DNA from: Epiperipatus broadwayi
Lineage: Eukaryota; Animalia; Onychophora
NCBI GenBank assembly: GCA_028023455.1
Contig: JAQFVV010000003.1
Span: 13,082,001-13,146,000, forward strand
Length of the DNA stretch: 64,000 nucleotides
Reading direction: 5' to 3'
Part shown: positions 25,064-37,800 of the stretch, piece by piece
Layout of the letters: each line of letters opens with the position of its first letter
How positions within the stretch are numbered: position 1 is the stretch's first letter
Position numbers and translations under genes: made by a program
Notes under the pieces: generated by a model
What the model saw: the letters and a program-made list of their open reading frames with translations, nothing else
Told to the model about the DNA's origin: nothing
Databases searched by the model: none

Positions 25064-25110
25064 AACACCTGAAGAAGAAATGAAAATAATACCACTTGAA
25101 ACATTGTGTT
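25064..25110 (+). ncRNA. PLE-terminal minimal hammerhead ribozyme, decayed
   Basis: aacac CTGAAGA ... GAAA ca TT gtgtt: perfect 5 bp stem I, intact core boxes, stem III consistent with a CpG-decayed ACGT palindrome, stem II degenerate. Confidence 0.55.
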
Positions 25111-25334
25111 ATATATACTAATATGCATGTTATTTCTAATAACAGTTAAATATATTTAAAAAGTTTAAATAATGTTTAAATTTTTTTAAAGACATTTAAC
25201 CATATTAGCTAATTATATTTATCATTCTACAGTTTTTTTATTATATATTATATTTGATATTAAATATGTATATATATATATGCATTGATTGAGCACTATG
25301 CTGAAAAAAAAAGTGATTAATCAGTTTAATTCAT

Positions 25335-25560
25335 CACATGATCACCATTTTTTATGTTTGCTCTAGCTATTACAATAAGCAAAATTCTCCATACAACAGT
25401 GTCATTCAGTCCAAACCTGAGTAATCAATGGGGGCAAGAAGGTTTGTGCATAAAATCCTAAGATCTAGGTGCAGCACTCTCGTGTTCAAGGCTTCTTTCT
25501 GATAACAGCCACAAGCTAGAAACTTCTGTATGGAGAGTTTTGCCTTTGTTTTATCAGATT
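25335..25560. mobile_element. family Y fragment
   Basis: tcacatgatcaccatt..gcaaaattctccatac..gtaatcaatgg..cctaagatctaggtgcagcactctc..ctgtatggagagttttgcc matches both orientations of the 4795-5570 element. Confidence 0.7.
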
Positions 25561-25671
25561 AATTCATAGTATTCCTGATATTTTTCCCATAATCTCCTAA
25601 ACTATCATTAGGAGGATAAAATAATATATTTGTATACATATTAAGTTCTCTTCCTAAAGACATGTAGAATA

Positions 25672-26018
25672 ATTAATGTTATATATAGAGCTCGCAAAAT
25701 AAGCTCTTAACAAGCTTTGCAGAATCCTCAATCCCAGACTGGTTTCTGCTTCTGGTGACATCAGTAAGGTGCCAGGATATTCAAGCATTAGATTAAAAAT
25801 ACCAGAACAAGTTCAGCACTTTATCTAATGTATAACTATTAAATAGAAAATCTGAAATTTTCAGATACCCATATGTCTTCCAATTTAGCTATCTTTAATC
25901 TAATGCTTGAATATTCTGGCACCTCACTGATGATACTAGAAGCAGAAAACAGTCTGGAGTTGAGGATATTCTGCAACGCTTGTTAAGAACTTATTTTGTG
26001 AGCTCTATATATAACATT
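25672..26018. repeat. ~125 bp inverted-repeat element ('Z') with degenerate hammerhead-like motifs in each arm
   Basis: About 25672-25800 is the reverse complement of about 25890-26018. The right arm reads cctca CTGATGA tactagaagca GAAA acaGTC tgg. Confidence 0.65.
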
Positions 26019-27449
26019 TGTAAATACAAGCTTATTAAATTAGATTATATGACTTGATTTTTTGTAAGAATAACTAATCAATAAAATACTATGACCAAAT
26101 AAAAATACTTGATTATCATCAGTAGTAGTTTGTCATTGTTTTTGTCTCTTAACATAATTTAGTCAGGTGTTTCAATTTTAGAGTTACATCACAAACTTTA
26201 ATGATTCCCTATATCATTATAATGTGAATAAAAAATATTTCAAGATATGAAAGATTTTAATCATACCTAACTACTATGTAGTGTTATATTTAGGATATTA
26301 TAAGAGTATTAAATAAAATTATAATTTTATTTCACTTTTACCGGGCTTAGTCTATTTCTACAAAAGTGCTTACTAGAAGAATTGATAACATATATGCTTA
26401 ATCTCAGCCCAGAATGAAAATAAATTTAGACAACATTTTTAGTATGGTCATTAAATATGTACTTCACTGTAACAGATTTATCTTACATTTTAAAGTCATT
26501 TAGGCTTTTGAAGAGAAACTTCACTCTATAAAAAATTTGTATAAAGTTATTTTACATTCATCCTGATCATATATTATTTAGATATAGACTTTATTTATTA
26601 TTATTAATTATCTATTTTTATATTGAACAAAATTTATCATTAAGGGAAAACACCAATTAGTTAAGGCACTGTATTACAGAAACTACTGTGGTTATATTTC
26701 CATAACAAATCCTTAGACAGCTGTATATGACAATACAAATATTGTTTTTGTTCCTTATATGCTATTTTAATTGAGGCATTTTAAAACTAGTGTAACAATT
26801 ATGTTCATAAGTTACTGAAAATGAATATGTTGGAATGAACAAAGAGTGAATTCATGTCTAAGTTTAGAATGGAAAAGAAATACACAAGTACTGATAATGT
26901 ATAAGTGTGCTTGTGAAGAAGTTGTAATCACACCTTAAGAAGATTAATCTGGACACAGAGACAATAATATAACTTTTAAGAAGATTGTAAATATATTTAA
27001 TTTCATCTTTATACACACATTTGTTTTGTTTTGTTTGAGTTAATAAACTTCAGTTGTTAAATTTACTTTGGTGTAGCTTTCTGATAATAAAGTTGATCAA
27101 TGCTGACCTGGCAAGATTGTTGATAATACCCTTGGATATATAGCAAAAATATATATAAGATTTCTATAAGAAACCAAACACCATAATCATAGTTCTTAGT
27201 TTCTTCATAACTATAGTTATGCTAGCATCTCCAAAATGTTGCGGAGTGAGTTTAACTTCAAATCCCGTCTTATGTGCAACCACAGATGTATATACTGAAA
27301 TTTATTAAGTGAGCATTAAGGCATTTTGGGTTATGGATTTATGTAATTATCTTTCATGCCACTAATATAGGACTTGCTCAATAAATTCATGAAATTGGTA
27401 AGCACTTTTGAAGACGTATACTATTTATATATAAGCTCTAATAAATGAT

Positions 27450-27625
27450 TATTAATAACATTAATATATCTATTTTGAAAGATGTTAGTAAATATTAAGA
27501 TTGTGTGTATTGATTAAATCATAAAAATATTACACATAAATAATGAATGATGATAAAAGGAGTATGCCAATTGGAGCATAGTGGAAATGGTTTGCCTTTT
27601 CTGATATCTTTATATGTGTGTGTGT
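27450..27625 (+). repeat. dispersed repeat, copy A (partner at 29890-30065)
   Basis: About 175 bp of clear similarity, e.g. aaatattaagatt..tgattaaatc..aaaaatattaca.ataaataatga..gataaaaggagtatgccaa. Confidence 0.75.
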
Positions 27626-29889
27626 ATATATATGTCATCCATTTCACTATCAGCTATGAGATCTTCCATATGGTTGTGAGCTTTTCAGAGTTGTAAGGAT
27701 TTCTAAATATAGTAGTTGAAAAGTTAAAAAAAGTATTAAATATAATATGCATATTCAAATGTTAGAGTAAGTTATTAAAAATTATATTTTAAAATGATAA
27801 TAGGTTTGTTAAAATTGTTACTCTTATCAAAGATTAAAAAAATATATGGAATGTATTGAAAGTTAAGATTTAAATAATTAAATTTAAAAAAAGTTAATAA
27901 AAAGATTAAGCCTGTTTTGGAGATATGAGATCAAAAATGAGAAAAATGCATGCAATTTAATAGTTATACATTGTTTTTAAGTTCAATTAATTAAATAATA
28001 ATGATAGTGTTTTTTTAATTAAAATGAGATCATAAAGGTATTGAAAATAAGAGTATTGTCAAAGGTTCTAAAAATAAAATCAGAGGTGCTAAAAACAAGA
28101 GATTAATACCTATATACAGTCAGCTGTTCTTAAAATTAAGGAGTCTGGATTATTGTTTTAATCAAACTATATTGAACCCTTAATAGGATGACTGAGTAGA
28201 AAAGAGGAACAACTGCTGACTTGTGAAATTTAATTTGAATTTCTGGAACCTGACCAAACTATTTTAAAGGCATCTATTAGAAATGAAGAAAAATGTTTAA
28301 ACCTCAAAATTCAAAATCAGGAAAATCGTAATTATATTATAGCAACTAATAAGGAAAGGAACAGAATTATAATGGAAGCAATTAATGAAAGCCATCACAG
28401 TAGAAATATTAATCTGCAGGAAAAAAAAGATACAATGAATTATAGAGAATTCTAGCTGTAGATCTTGCTGTATAAGTTAAAACTATTTAGACTTTATCTT
28501 AATACATTAACCATTTTAAGTTTTATTTTATGACTTTTTATCATATTAATTCTAACAAAATAATTTATTATGTATAGAATGTTTATATAACATTATTTAA
28601 TTGAATGATTAAAGAAGGAAGCAAATGTTTTAAAAAAGCATTTGTTGCTAAATATCTATATGTACTCTAGCAGTGTTTTTAAGAAATTAAAATGAAAACA
28701 AAAAACATATATTTGAAAAGATTCACTCCATCTTGTCTCTCTAAATAAGATGATTTGTTAAAATTTTATCTTTTTTTAAAAAAGTGTGAATTATCTTTAA
28801 TGTGAAATTGTCAGAAAATATGCAAAGTTGTATATAATCAGGATGTAATATCTATTTTAAATACATTCAAAATTTCCATGCTTGAAAAATATGTAAAATG
28901 AAATATTTGAAAATGCAATAATAAATGTAATATAATTTTTAGCATTTTAAATTAAAGATTTATTTTGACTGAGTTTATTCGTATGTAAATTATTCTTTTG
29001 ATTACTGGGAATTAGATTTTATGTATGGAGAAATTATAATATATTTGCAGTTATTAAATCTCTGTTATATGGTTAAAATATTCTATATTTATATGGTAGA
29101 TTTAATCACTGTTTTGTTCTATAAATTTGGGTAGAATCCAATCCCCCTCCCAGTTAATTTATTTAAGATTATTACTAAATTAGGGATTGGTCTCCAAAAG
29201 CCATTTGTTAAATCAGGTTTCGGATCAAAAAGATCACTTCCAAGAATTATTTTTAGTAAGAATGTATATTGATTAAAATCCAATATTATATATGTGTGTG
29301 ACTATGCTAGGAAGCTTATGAGATGAATAAATGTATTTGTGAGGGTTGGCCATTTGTAGGATTATTATATTCAAGGTGTATTAAAAGCCAGAGATTTACT
29401 CTATGGCAAATATTCTTGATTATAAAACTCAGTCCCATGCATAAGAACTAAAAGTTAAAAGATATTGGAGAAATAGCTTATTAAAGAAGTTATTACAAAT
29501 GTGATATAGTCTGTAATGCAAGCATGGTTAGGATAAAATAACATCTTGTCTGACAATTATGGTACTTTATAAAATCAATTATTGTTTTGTTATTTGTTTA
29601 AATAATGAGTTAACGCCTTTTGTATGTAATATTGTCTAGTCTGCATATTTATTTCGTGTCCATTTCATGGGGGGAGGGGGTAGCTTATTTTCTAAGTGAT
29701 CTAACCAGGTATTTACTAGTGGTTGTGTAGTGGTCATCATTATCGCATATTAAAAAAAAAAATATTGTCAAATTTTATTTAAAAATATATAACTAAAAAA
29801 TATGTGCATTGAATATTTTCTGATGTTTCATGTTAGGTGGCGCTCGAATCAATTTAAATATGTTAAATATAATTTAAACATACATAAGC

Positions 29890-30065
29890 TAAACATTACA
29901 ATATCTATTTTAAAAGATGTTAATAAATATTAAGATTATGTGGGTGTTGATTAAATCGTGATAAAAATATTACATATAAATAATGACTGATGAGATGATA
30001 AAAGGAGTATGCCAACTGAAGCATAATGACAGTGGTTTGACTCTTCTGATGTTTTTGTATGTGTG
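29890..30065 (+). repeat. dispersed repeat, copy B
   Basis: Homologous to 27450-27625. It lies in a CpG-richer, TE-like tract extending to about 30900, whose end (30815-30870) also resembles 15375-15430. Confidence 0.75.
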
Positions 30066-30959
30066 TTTTTGGATGCACGCGACTTAGCTGATACCAATAC
30101 AGATGCCACTGAGAAAATATACATTACTAATATTTTATCAAGTAATTTTTTATTAGAAAGTAAAGGTTCCAATGCCTTAAAGATTATTGAACTGTAAAGC
30201 AGTTTCAAAAAAGTTTCTTAAATAGAACACTAATTGAATAAGGCAAAGAATTAATCTTGTTTATAGCTTCCGCTAAAATTACGTTGTTTTTGGTTTTTTT
30301 TTAAATATGTAATTGCACTCTTTAAAAGTATAAAAAGTAATAATTGTTTTGAAATGGAATATAGTTCAGACATGCACTTTGATATTAATGAATAACTTAT
30401 TACAACCCTTATGCTTAATTTTCTCACTTTTCTAAATTTTCAGCCTACGGATTTCGTATTCCATCTAGATAAGCAGACTTTTTTTTTTTTTTAACTGTGG
30501 GGGGGAGTAGGTTGTTTTTCATTTCAATGAGCTAATTATTTTTACGCTTTATGTAATACGAATATATATATTTTATATTTGAAAAATACACTTAAGTATC
30601 TATCGAAGTTATAAGTAGATTAAGCAATGATACTTAGCAGTAGTTATTAACTTTTTATATATTTAGTTTTACGGTCATTTTTTGTAGTAAGCTCTGTTAA
30701 ACATTTATAAAGTATGTGTATATAAAAAAGTGTATTCGCTTTCTCGATATATTCTGCTAAAATCAAACACGCGCGCTTATAATTATCACTCAAATATTGT
30801 TGAATTGATGACAAAAATTAATCAAATCGTTTATTGCTCGGAAATTCCTAAGAAGTTTCAGCACCGGAAATGACAGAATGGATGCCGCGATTTATGAACT
30901 TTAAGTTCCAGAGTCCACTGTTACACCATTATATCAATCCATGCAGACAGCTTATGACT

Positions 30960-31800
30960 TATTTGCTGCTTTATAGTTAATTCAAAACTATTATTCATCA
31001 TTTTATTATTTTCAACCATTATCAACCTACTGCAGGATGAATGTCCAAATTTAATCTAATTTTCCATTTTATAATGTCTTCTCCATACCACACTAATAAA
31101 CTTTGTTATTTTGTACATCCATCTTACGTGTAACCTTTTCTAAATCTTTTACAATCTCTTGGGATCCAGCTTAAGATTTAAACTGATCATGTATTCTTGT
31201 CTTCTAACAATATGTCCAGTCCAAATCTATTTCATTTTCTTAATTCTTTCAATAATGTTAATGATACTTGTTTGTTTTTCTTGTTACGTTTAATATACAT
31301 CTCTCCATACTTTATTGAGTCTTTTGAAATCTCTGTATTGCTCTTCTGTGAAGTGTTCAAGTCTCAAATCCATAAGTAAAAATTTTAAAATATTTTAATT
31401 AAAAATAGGCATATTTCCTCCTAATATTAAATGATTTCTATCAAAAGATTCCATCCACATTTAATTCTATGGTTAATTTTTGTAATTGTTAACTTCTTAT
31501 TCCTGACCATCGATTTTTATTTTATTTCTGAAAAAATCTATTTTTTAATTCTACTTTTTTACTTTTATCTGATAATTCTTATAACATTTCCTGAAATGCC
31601 TGAAGCATTTTTTGCAAAAACAACTACATCATCTACAAAAATTTAAATGACTTAAATAATCTCTACTTCCCATTTCAATCCCAAAATATTTCTTGTAAAA
31701 CTGCTGTGAAAAGTTTTGGTTTATATGGAATCACTATACTTTAGAATATGACAATATCCTGGATCTATATTTTGATGGTCAAATGCCATTTCATAATCGT
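30960..31800 (-). mobile_element. decayed RTE-like LINE 3' fragment
   Basis: DNA similarity to the RTE at 15650-16400, e.g. acaatctcttgggatccagcttaagattt vs acaatctcttggaatccagtttaagattt, and acatttcctgaaa. Confidence 0.6.
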
Positions 31801-34800
31801 ATAAATTCAAAAGATATTTCCATACAAATTACCAGAATTGTTATCTTTCAAGGACAAACATCTATGTTATAATAGGTAATTGTTTCAGATTATCTGCCTT
31901 CTATATTTTTCCTTGGTTTTACCTCACTCTTCAAATAAAAACTGATGAAACTGAAATGTAAGGGAGTAAAACTTTTGCATAATTTATAATAATATTCTTT
32001 ATTTAGCTTTTTATTTAGTTTGTACAAGACAAGATCACTCATCATCCATTCTACTTTTATTTGTAAATTAATGCTCATTTTAGATTTGCTCAATCTTTTT
32101 TTTTTCAAGATGGATGCCCTTAATAAATAAACTTATGCTTAATCTATAATAAAGTTATAAACAATATTTCTAATCACAGAATGAAAGTAGCCTAAATAAT
32201 TACAATTGTTTAATTTTTTTATGTGTGTTAGTTGTTTTTTTAAAAACTTTTGCTATATTTGTGTGCTAATGCTTAGTTGTTTTTTTAAAAACTTTTGCTA
32301 TATTTGTGTGCTAAGCATTATTATGTATGATTTTTACTTAATATTAAGAATCTCCTTATCAATACATTTTTGCAAATATTAGAAATGTTATGTAACATCA
32401 GATTAAATAAAAATTATATAATTTATTGTTTGATACTTTGTAAGAAGTTTGAGTACTAGAAGTATCAGAACTGGGATTTATTGAAGGACATTAAGCTTCA
32501 GAGTTTGGCACTTTATCATTGCACTAAACTACCCAAGAACAATGTCAGATTGACTATTTGATATAGTCCATTAGATCAAGTGAGGATCATGTTATAAATT
32601 TTCTCTGAGGGATTCTCAAAGAAATATGTCTGAAGGTGTAAGATTTGTGTGGATTCTCAATCACCTTTTTATTGCTATGAAGCAACATTCAAATGACTGT
32701 CAAATATGATATTTTAAATTCCATTAAATATTAAATTAGTTACGCTAAAATCTCTATCCTAAGGCAGATTGAGAATTTTAACAGTAGTGAAAAAAACTCT
32801 TACTAGTGACTTCTCATCATATCCTAATTTTTTCTTTTTAGAATTAATTCTAAAATTTAGAACTAATTACAATCTTTAATAAGAAGACCCTTACATTATT
32901 AAGTGTCGAATATATATTTAAATATTGGACATCTTAATTATGACCAACTCTTATAAATATCTCATCTTCCCATTTTAAAATAGATCTCTTAAAATTTTAT
33001 AATCATTATTCTTTTTGAATGCATATAATTTTTAAAATTATAATTCCAAAAAAAAATTTTTTTTTACTTCATGATTTTTTTTTATTAATATTCAAAAAAT
33101 GTTTTGATTATTCTAAAAAATAAAAATAATTATCAAGAGACTGAAAATGAGGGTCTAAAATAGTTGAAATATTTATTAATATCAATTATAAAAAAAATAA
33201 TTAAAAAAGTTTTTTGAAAATTGGACTTTTAAAATATCAAGAATTTCTTAAGTTCAATAACTATCTTCATTTTTTACAGTGCACACAATCCAGACTCATT
33301 TTAATTATTTTGTTTTTCAACCCATCTCTACAATATTTAACATTTTCTTGTGCTATCATTTTTTTAAAGATCCACACTTCACAACATATGTTATGACAGA
33401 TGAGTAGAATAAATGTTTTGATCATAATGTCATTATTATAATATAGAAGAAAATATCAATAAATACAATCATAGACTAATGGATTTTATGCTAGTGGTGA
33501 ATATTTGAAGAAAATCTTGAAATCAATATGATGTGAATATATATGTTAAATTTTCAGTGATAGCCTGCCATTCTATGTGATAAAATAAAAATTACTAAAT
33601 TATCTATAATCATTTCCAATTTAAAGATCATACTCCAACTATGTGCATATGTAATATATTTTGACCCACAAATGAGTGACATCCCTTTACTATAACATTT
33701 TATAATTGTTTTTATGTTTTGTGCAATTCTAATTCTTTATCTGCTAGCTAAGAAAAGTTGCATAGTGTTATTTATCAATTAATATTGGTTCATTAGTGGT
33801 TTAGCTCTGGATGTATTATCTGAAAAATTCTAAATTTGTTTTAAAACACTTTAATTATGTAAAAATATATATGAATTTCAATGTGGATTTGAATCTTGGG
33901 CCATGAGAAAATAAAATTAATGAAGTATATACATTATAGGCTTAGAGATTTTTCTCTAGATAAACCAACCAGTTATGTAATTAATGCATTATAGAGCTCT
34001 ATGATGAATTCGTACATTTAAGTACCTTCTATTAGCTCATTGTTTAACCTGCATATAAAATGTTATATAATATACAAATTCTGAATTGTGAACTATGACC
34101 ATAAATCAAAATAAGTTTGAATCTTACTTATATTACACAGATTTCTTCTGTTTCATTTCAAAATAGTAATATATATATATATAAAAAGTAAAAAAAAAAA
34201 AAAGTATCCCCTGGACATATATAATCAAGCTATGTCTTCTTGGACAATGAATAATGCATTTATGCATTATTCATTTATTTATTTATGGATTACTTAATTA
34301 TTTATCTCAAATTACATAATACAGAAAATGACCAAACAAGTTAACAGATTTTGCAAATCTTTTAAAATCTACCTCTCTCCCTCTCTGTTATTTAAAACTT
34401 TATGCCTAAACTTATTTTTTTTTTAGGGATAATTTATAATTTTTTTATTACTTTTTTTCATTTTTAAAGATTATCTCTAAATGTGACACTCATTGTAAGG
34501 CAGTCTCAGATTTTTTTTATAGTTTTACATAATAAAAACAATTGATGGTTATATAATATTTAAACATTGAAAGTAACAAATTCTGCCATCATTTATAAAC
34601 TTTTAGTTTTTGCATTACACCTTGCTAGACATTAAATATTATCATTATTTTTTAATTTTTCTTGTGGTTAGAACACAGAGTTGTTTCTTCTTACAGCTCA
34701 ATTTTCTTTTATCAGTTTTAATCTCATCTCATTACCATTCAAATTTCTCAATTTTATTTACAATTCATCTAGCTATGTTTCTATTCCATAAGTTAGAGTT

Positions 34801-37800
34801 GCTACTGTGATATTTTAATTTTTTTATGATATGAAGTCATCTACTGTACATTCAACATCTAATTTTCATAATTTTTCTTTCATAATTGATTATTTCTTAG
34901 TCCCCAGACATAATGAGTATTCCAAAAACCACTTCCAAATATAAGTTAGCCAATAAATTATTTTCCAAACTATACATTAAAAAAGCAGATTTCATCATAT
35001 TCTCAAATATCTACAATTTTGTTTTAATTTTCAATTACGAGAACTTTCCTATCTACTATAAGCTGATAAATAACACTTATTTTATTCTGTTCAATATTTT
35101 TTTTATGTCTGCATGTTGGGTAAATGTCCTAACAAACAATTGCATTATTGTGAAGCCTCATTGTTTTTGCCACACAGATTAACACAATAAAGAGTGGTAG
35201 ATTAACTGTAAATGTAAAAATAGAAAAAAATAGTTTAATTAATCACTCAAACATGACATGACCCCCAGTTGTCATTTCTCATCAATTTTCAGTTAACCAT
35301 ATTATCATGTTTTGAAAACTTTCAATAAACAGAGGCAATTATTGTCTACAGAGACCAGATTGTTTTAAATAGTTATTAACAGATAAAAAAAAATTCTAGG
35401 TTTTTATTTTGTCAGGTCTAAACTATAACTCTGAAATTGATATATGATAAAAATTACAGGATTTTATTAAATATATAAGAAGTTATAGTGGTCTTCATCA
35501 AACAAATAAACAAACAATGCATCCACACATTTAATAATAGTCTTTATTTCTTCTATATTATCCAAGCTAATGATGTAAAATTTAAACAATTAATGGTTTG
35601 AACCCATGACAACTTTCTTGTTTGTGTAAGTGCAAATTTGATATTCACTGATAACTGAAGAACTAGTCTAAGAATTTGGACATGGCAGTACTATCTAGTA
35701 AAGTTAATTGCCCATCTGACTTTTTTTTTTTTGCAATAGAGAATATAATATACAGAAATTTGCAACCAGAAAAACTTGGACACTATTGCTTTATTATATG
35801 CAAAACAATATCTTTGCTAAATAGTCTACTGCAGGGGAAAGACCTCTTCAATGACTCTTCATAGAGAAACAGTGAAGAAAAATGCATACTTGTTTTACTT
35901 TCTAGTTAATATGAGTTAAATATCTAATTTCTGATCAGTATTGAGTGGTTAGGTGGGTTGGTTATGGGAGTCTTTTGGAATAAAATCATTTGGCACACAT
36001 TCAAACCTCAGATCACAGGCAGGGCAGGTGGATGTACTATCTCTGGACTTTGAGACCCTTACATTTCTCAAGTTATGCAACTGTTTTATTCATATCAGCT
36101 CTGGGGTTGGTTTTAATTATGCAACTCATTCTTGGTTAAATATATATTTAAATTATTTTAGTAAATATGGCTGCTTCAACATATTCCTCTTTTTTAAAAA
36201 ATATACATATCCATTTCAGATTCTATTGTGTGGAGAGTTCACACGTTTTTCTTCAAATTCGCAATTCAATCCCTTCTATGTTGTTTTTCTTTTAATCTTT
36301 TTTAAAATTTTAATAATCCAAAAAATAATTTTATTTCATATTTAGAACGTATTTAGTTGCTCTTTTTGATTTGGAAATTAATTCCTGTTCTTTGGTTACT
36401 ACATATCTAATTTATTTAAATTTCCTTTTTTTTTTTTTTTTTACTTAAAATGAAATTTGTTATGTCTCTGTACATTGTAAATTAATCAGAATTATTAGAA
36501 AGTAATACTTTTAAAAATTGACTTTATTTAACAAATCTCTGCATTTTAATCAAAAATTGCATATGGTGTTGACCATTATTCCGATCTTAACTAGGCACTT
36601 AGGCTATAAAGACTTCTCTCCTTTTTAATTATTACTACAAATAAAAAGGAAGTCATTGGATCCTAGATGATATTGTAAATAGGAATTTAACCGATTTCAG
36701 ATTAATTGTGGATTTTAAATTAATCAACAGGATTCCAATTTATTGTTTACAAATATCAATGATTGGTTTTAAAAAAATAGTTTAATGAATGATATTCATG
36801 ATGAACCAAGACCAAATTTCCTTTTGAATAATAATAATGTTTATCATGGACTTTAGCATTGTAAGGTTGCTATATCTATTTTTATATACTGATTTAATAC
36901 ATCTAAGCGCTGAACATCTATTAATATTGTTAGAGTACTATATGCTTAATTATTAAAAACATAAAGATAGTAAAATAAACAAAAAATGTAAGTTTATATA
37001 AAGCAATGTTGCTAATAAATACAAATTAGAAACGGTTAAAAAATGAAAAATTAACATTTTTTATTTGAAATGACTCGTGGCATATAGTTCATATCAACAT
37101 CATATGGTTGTTCTTAAACCTGGTAGTATTATTCCCAACAATATCACATGGCTGTTCTTGGACATAGTAGTTAATATATCCACCTGACATAATCATAATC
37201 TGGACTTCAGGCCTTAATCAGATGTACTTTGAAAGTTTTTCCAAACTGCGAGCAAATTTGAGATGTTTCTTTCAAGTTGATAGCCATCTAATATTGGTTA
37301 ATAAATGGACATCATGCTATAAATACATAACTTCAGCAAAATACTTGGGTGGTCATTTGACATTTGAGTACTGAAGTGACAGAGTAAAGCACATTAGTTT
37401 CAGAATAAGATTATTTTTATTTACTTAAGAATAATTTTAATAGTTTTTAGCTCCGCAATATACTGCTCTTACTATGCACCACTTTAATGGGCTCAATTGT
37501 TTAGAAATTCAGTATATCATTAAACATTCACATGCTTTTATCTTCTTTTGACAACCTATTTATATAGTAATTCCACTGTAATCACTGCATTTGTTTCCAC
37601 CCTTTTCTATGAATCTAATACTGGGTATATTATATGTTTAACATATATATACACTTACCTATAATTCAATTTAATTGTTAAAATGTGCACATTATAATGT
37701 TAGCAAAATTAAGTAATCAAAAAAATAAAATAATACAGTCCTAAAAAATTCAACATGATAGTGAATCGAGAATGAGATCACTCACATAACTGATGGAGTG

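Larger units (their letters stand above)
23330..25110 (+). mobile_element. Penelope-like element (RT plus GIY-YIG), heavily decayed
   Basis: Recognisable remnants of FDV.SLF..VP, ISNIYMEELE, KVW.CY.NDIFVV, KTTVYRK.PHT.KYL and a GIY-YIG region at about 24770-24850. Ends in a hammerhead-like motif at 25064-25110. Confidence 0.8.

Noticed and set aside
27070-27300. GC-richer block with splice-like ends on the minus strand, as a possible exon
   Set aside because: Every frame has stops between the candidate splice sites, there is no recognisable domain and there are no partner exons.
28130-28455. About 75-codon open stretch (FEFLEPDQTILKAS...) on the plus strand
   Set aside because: No start codon or convincing splice sites, upstream in-frame stops and no recognisable family. 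Probably a decayed TE ORF.
37050-37420. Less AT-rich tract that looks like eroded coding sequence (also 29150-29560, 32440-32720, 39650-40140)
   Set aside because: No motif could be identified in any frame. These are likely ancient TE remnants but cannot be supported as features.
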